A stretch of DNA of 64,000 bases from an uncultured bacterium. GTDB taxonomy: Bacteria > Zixibacteria > MSB-5A5 > CAIYYT01. Positions 62,226 through 64,000 of the stretch are shown here, piece by piece. Position 1 is the first letter of the stretch. Each line of letters begins with the position of its first letter. Location: NCBI GenBank assembly GCA_963726455.1, contig CAVSCK010000003.1, forward strand, positions 544,001 to 608,000, given 5' to 3'. A program made the translations under genes and the position numbers. The notes under the pieces were generated by a model. That model made no database searches. It had not been told where the DNA came from and was given only the letters and a program-made list of their open reading frames with translations.

Positions 62226-62735
62226 ATGCCGAACATAACCGCTCCATTTATCATCGAACTCGATCACGAAGCCGCAACAACCCGCAGACTCCTCGAACGA
62301 GTGCCATTAGACAAATTCGACTGGCAACCGCATCCGACCTCGCGGAAACTGGGAATTCTGGCCGCACATGTCGCCGAGACATCGGGCTTCTTCGCGGACG
62401 TGCTGGCTAATGACGATTTCGATATGGCCAATCTGAAATACACTCCCCCTGAAGCACACAGCACTCCCGAACTGCTGTCACAATTTGATCAGAGCATGAA
62501 GGCATCCAACAAGTTTCTCTCCGATTTGAGCGACGAGCGGGCAATGACCGTCTGGAGCTTTCGCATGAGCGGTAAAGTGCTGTTCGCAGCTCCGCGAATC
62601 GCGCTGGTGCGGTCATTGATGTTCAGTCACTGGATCCATCACCGCGGCCAATTGTCCGTGTATTTGCGCATGCTCGGTGTGCCGATTCCTTCGATATACG
62701 GCCCCAGTGGCGACGAAAATCCGTTTGCAGCGTAA
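62226..62735 (+). CDS. DinB/YfiT family protein
   Basis: E...TRRLLERVP, LAAHVAE, HWIHHRGQLSVYLR...PSIYGPS. Confidence 0.9.
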   Translation: MPNITAPFIIELDHEAATTRRLLERVPLDKFDWQPHPTSRKLGILAAHVAETSGFFADVLANDDFDMANLKYTPPEAHSTPELLSQFDQSMKASNKFLSDLSDERAMTVWSFRMSGKVLFAAPRIALVRSLMFSHWIHHRGQLSVYLRMLGVPIPSIYGPSGDENPFAA

Positions 62736-62916
62736 CCGCCGGACTTGACCCTGCCCCAGGCATATGTGACCAGTCTTCCCGCTACTTCGTGAACTTTTTC
62801 ACAAAATCTTCGGCGCTACCCTTGCCGCCGGAAGGCGCAGATGCTATATTGGCGCGAATTCCCGGCCAGGAAAAATGCCGGGAAGTGGCGTGGCTATTTC
62901 GCGAGGAGGAATCTAC

Positions 62917-64000
62917 GTGACCAACATCGGCAGCTATGAAGATAAACTGACCAGCTTCAACTGGAGCATCGCGGAGAAGGAACTGGAATACCGCGACGGT
63001 AATTTGCTGAACATCGGCGAATACTGCACCGACCGCGTTTGTCGGATGGGTAAGAAAGACAAACTGGCGCTGATCTGGGAGAACCATTCCGGTGAAGAGC
63101 GTAAGTACACATTCAATGACATGCGTCTGCGCACCAACACGATTGCGGCTTTCCTGCAAAAGCTGGGTCTGAAGCCGGGCGACCGGATTTGCCTGTTTAT
63201 GGACAAAGTACCGGAGCTCTACTTCGGATTCCTCGGCATACTCAAGATGGGTGGAATCGCGCAACCATTGTACTCGGCGTTCGGCTCGGAGTCGCTGTTG
63301 ACCAGATTGGTGGATGCCCAAACCTCGGCAATCTTCACCCAGCGTAAACATCTCGCCAAGGTTCGCAACATCCTGGGCGAACTGCCATCGCTACAACACG
63401 TGATTGTCGTTGATGATGACGGCTCGCGCCCATTGAAAGAACGCGAACTCGCGTTTCACATGGATCAGGCGGAACTGATCGAGCATTTCGACGTTTTCCC
63501 CGCCAAAGCCGAGACGCCGTCAGTACTGCACTACACGTCTGGAACCACGGGCAAACCCAAAGGCGCTCAGCACGTGCATTACTCGCTGATTTCGCAATAC
63601 ATCACGACCAAGTATGTTCTCGATCTCAAGGATGATGACATCTACTGGTGTACTGCCGACCCGGGCTGGGTGACCGGCACGTCATACGGCATCATCGGGC
63701 CATGGGTGACCGGCACCACCCAGTGCGTGCTCGATGCCGGATTCGAGGCCAACGCCTGGTATGCATTCATCGAGAAATACAAAGTCACAGTCTGGTACTC
63801 GGCGCCGACGGCGATTCGTTCGCTGATGAAAGAAGGCGAGGAACCGGTCAAGAGACACAATCTGACATCGCTGCGCCATCTGGCATCAGTCGGTGAACCA
63901 CTCAATGCCGAGGCGGTGATTTGGTCGGAGAAAGTCTTCGGCCTGCCATTTCTGGATACCTACTGGCAGACTGAAACCGGCAGCATCATGATATCGAATT
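62917..64000 (+). CDS. acs: Acetate--CoA ligase (AMP-forming), truncated by the window end
   Basis: GTG after GGAGGA; HYTSGTTGKPKG, WCTADPGWVTG, SVGEPLN, DTYWQTETG. Confidence 0.9.
   Translation, partial: MTNIGSYEDKLTSFNWSIAEKELEYRDGNLLNIGEYCTDRVCRMGKKDKLALIWENHSGEERKYTFNDMRLRTNTIAAFLQKLGLKPGDRICLFMDKVPELYFGFLGILKMGGIAQPLYSAFGSESLLTRLVDAQTSAIFTQRKHLAKVRNILGELPSLQHVIVVDDDGSRPLKERELAFHMDQAELIEHFDVFPAKAETPSVLHYTSGTTGKPKGAQHVHYSLISQYITTKYVLDLKDDDIYWCTADPGWVTGTSYGIIGPWVTGTTQCVLDAGFEANAWYAFIEKYKVTVWYSAPTAIRSLMKEGEEPVKRHNLTSLRHLASVGEPLNAEAVIWSEKVFGLPFLDTYWQTETGSIMISN

Noticed and set aside
62782-63905. Minus-strand ORFs near the window end
   Set aside because: They are antisense shadows of the acs gene, which runs off the window and is missing from the ORF track.

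Overview
Bacterial chromosomal segment of moderate-to-high GC. The type-I dockerin-like motif GDADGSGxxDISDxVxxIxYIFSGG occurs in three secreted proteins; together with a gingipain-like C25 protease and a PorV-like protein this suggests an FCB-related lineage such as Ca. Zixibacteria (inference). 1-12 kb is a minus-strand metabolic run: aldehyde dehydrogenase, ArcE-like arginine synthetase/cDPGS-family NTPase, carbamate kinase, CCA enzyme, sucCD, korDABC, ndk, LarA-like. 12-25 kb holds housekeeping and envelope genes (ltaE, PPIase, PorV-like, HMA, thioredoxins, dnaE, rhomboid). 25-31 kb holds the best novelty candidate: a roughly 1,580-aa regulator with about 11 PAS domains and a LuxR HTH but no kinase or receiver. 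It is followed by an unannotated, highly structured ~400-nt RNA with GGA motifs and its own promoter and terminator, and both promoters share an ATACGTAC-N4/5-GTACGCACT box. 31-64 kb is accessory-rich: dockerin proteins, aceK, cytochrome c peroxidase, tRNA-Ser, a REPIN, tandem giant lipoproteins, tdh, a PD-(D/E)XK orphan, three mosaic tail-fibre-like secreted paralogs and a partial acs. Many genes carry 1-nt indels, most likely assembly errors.
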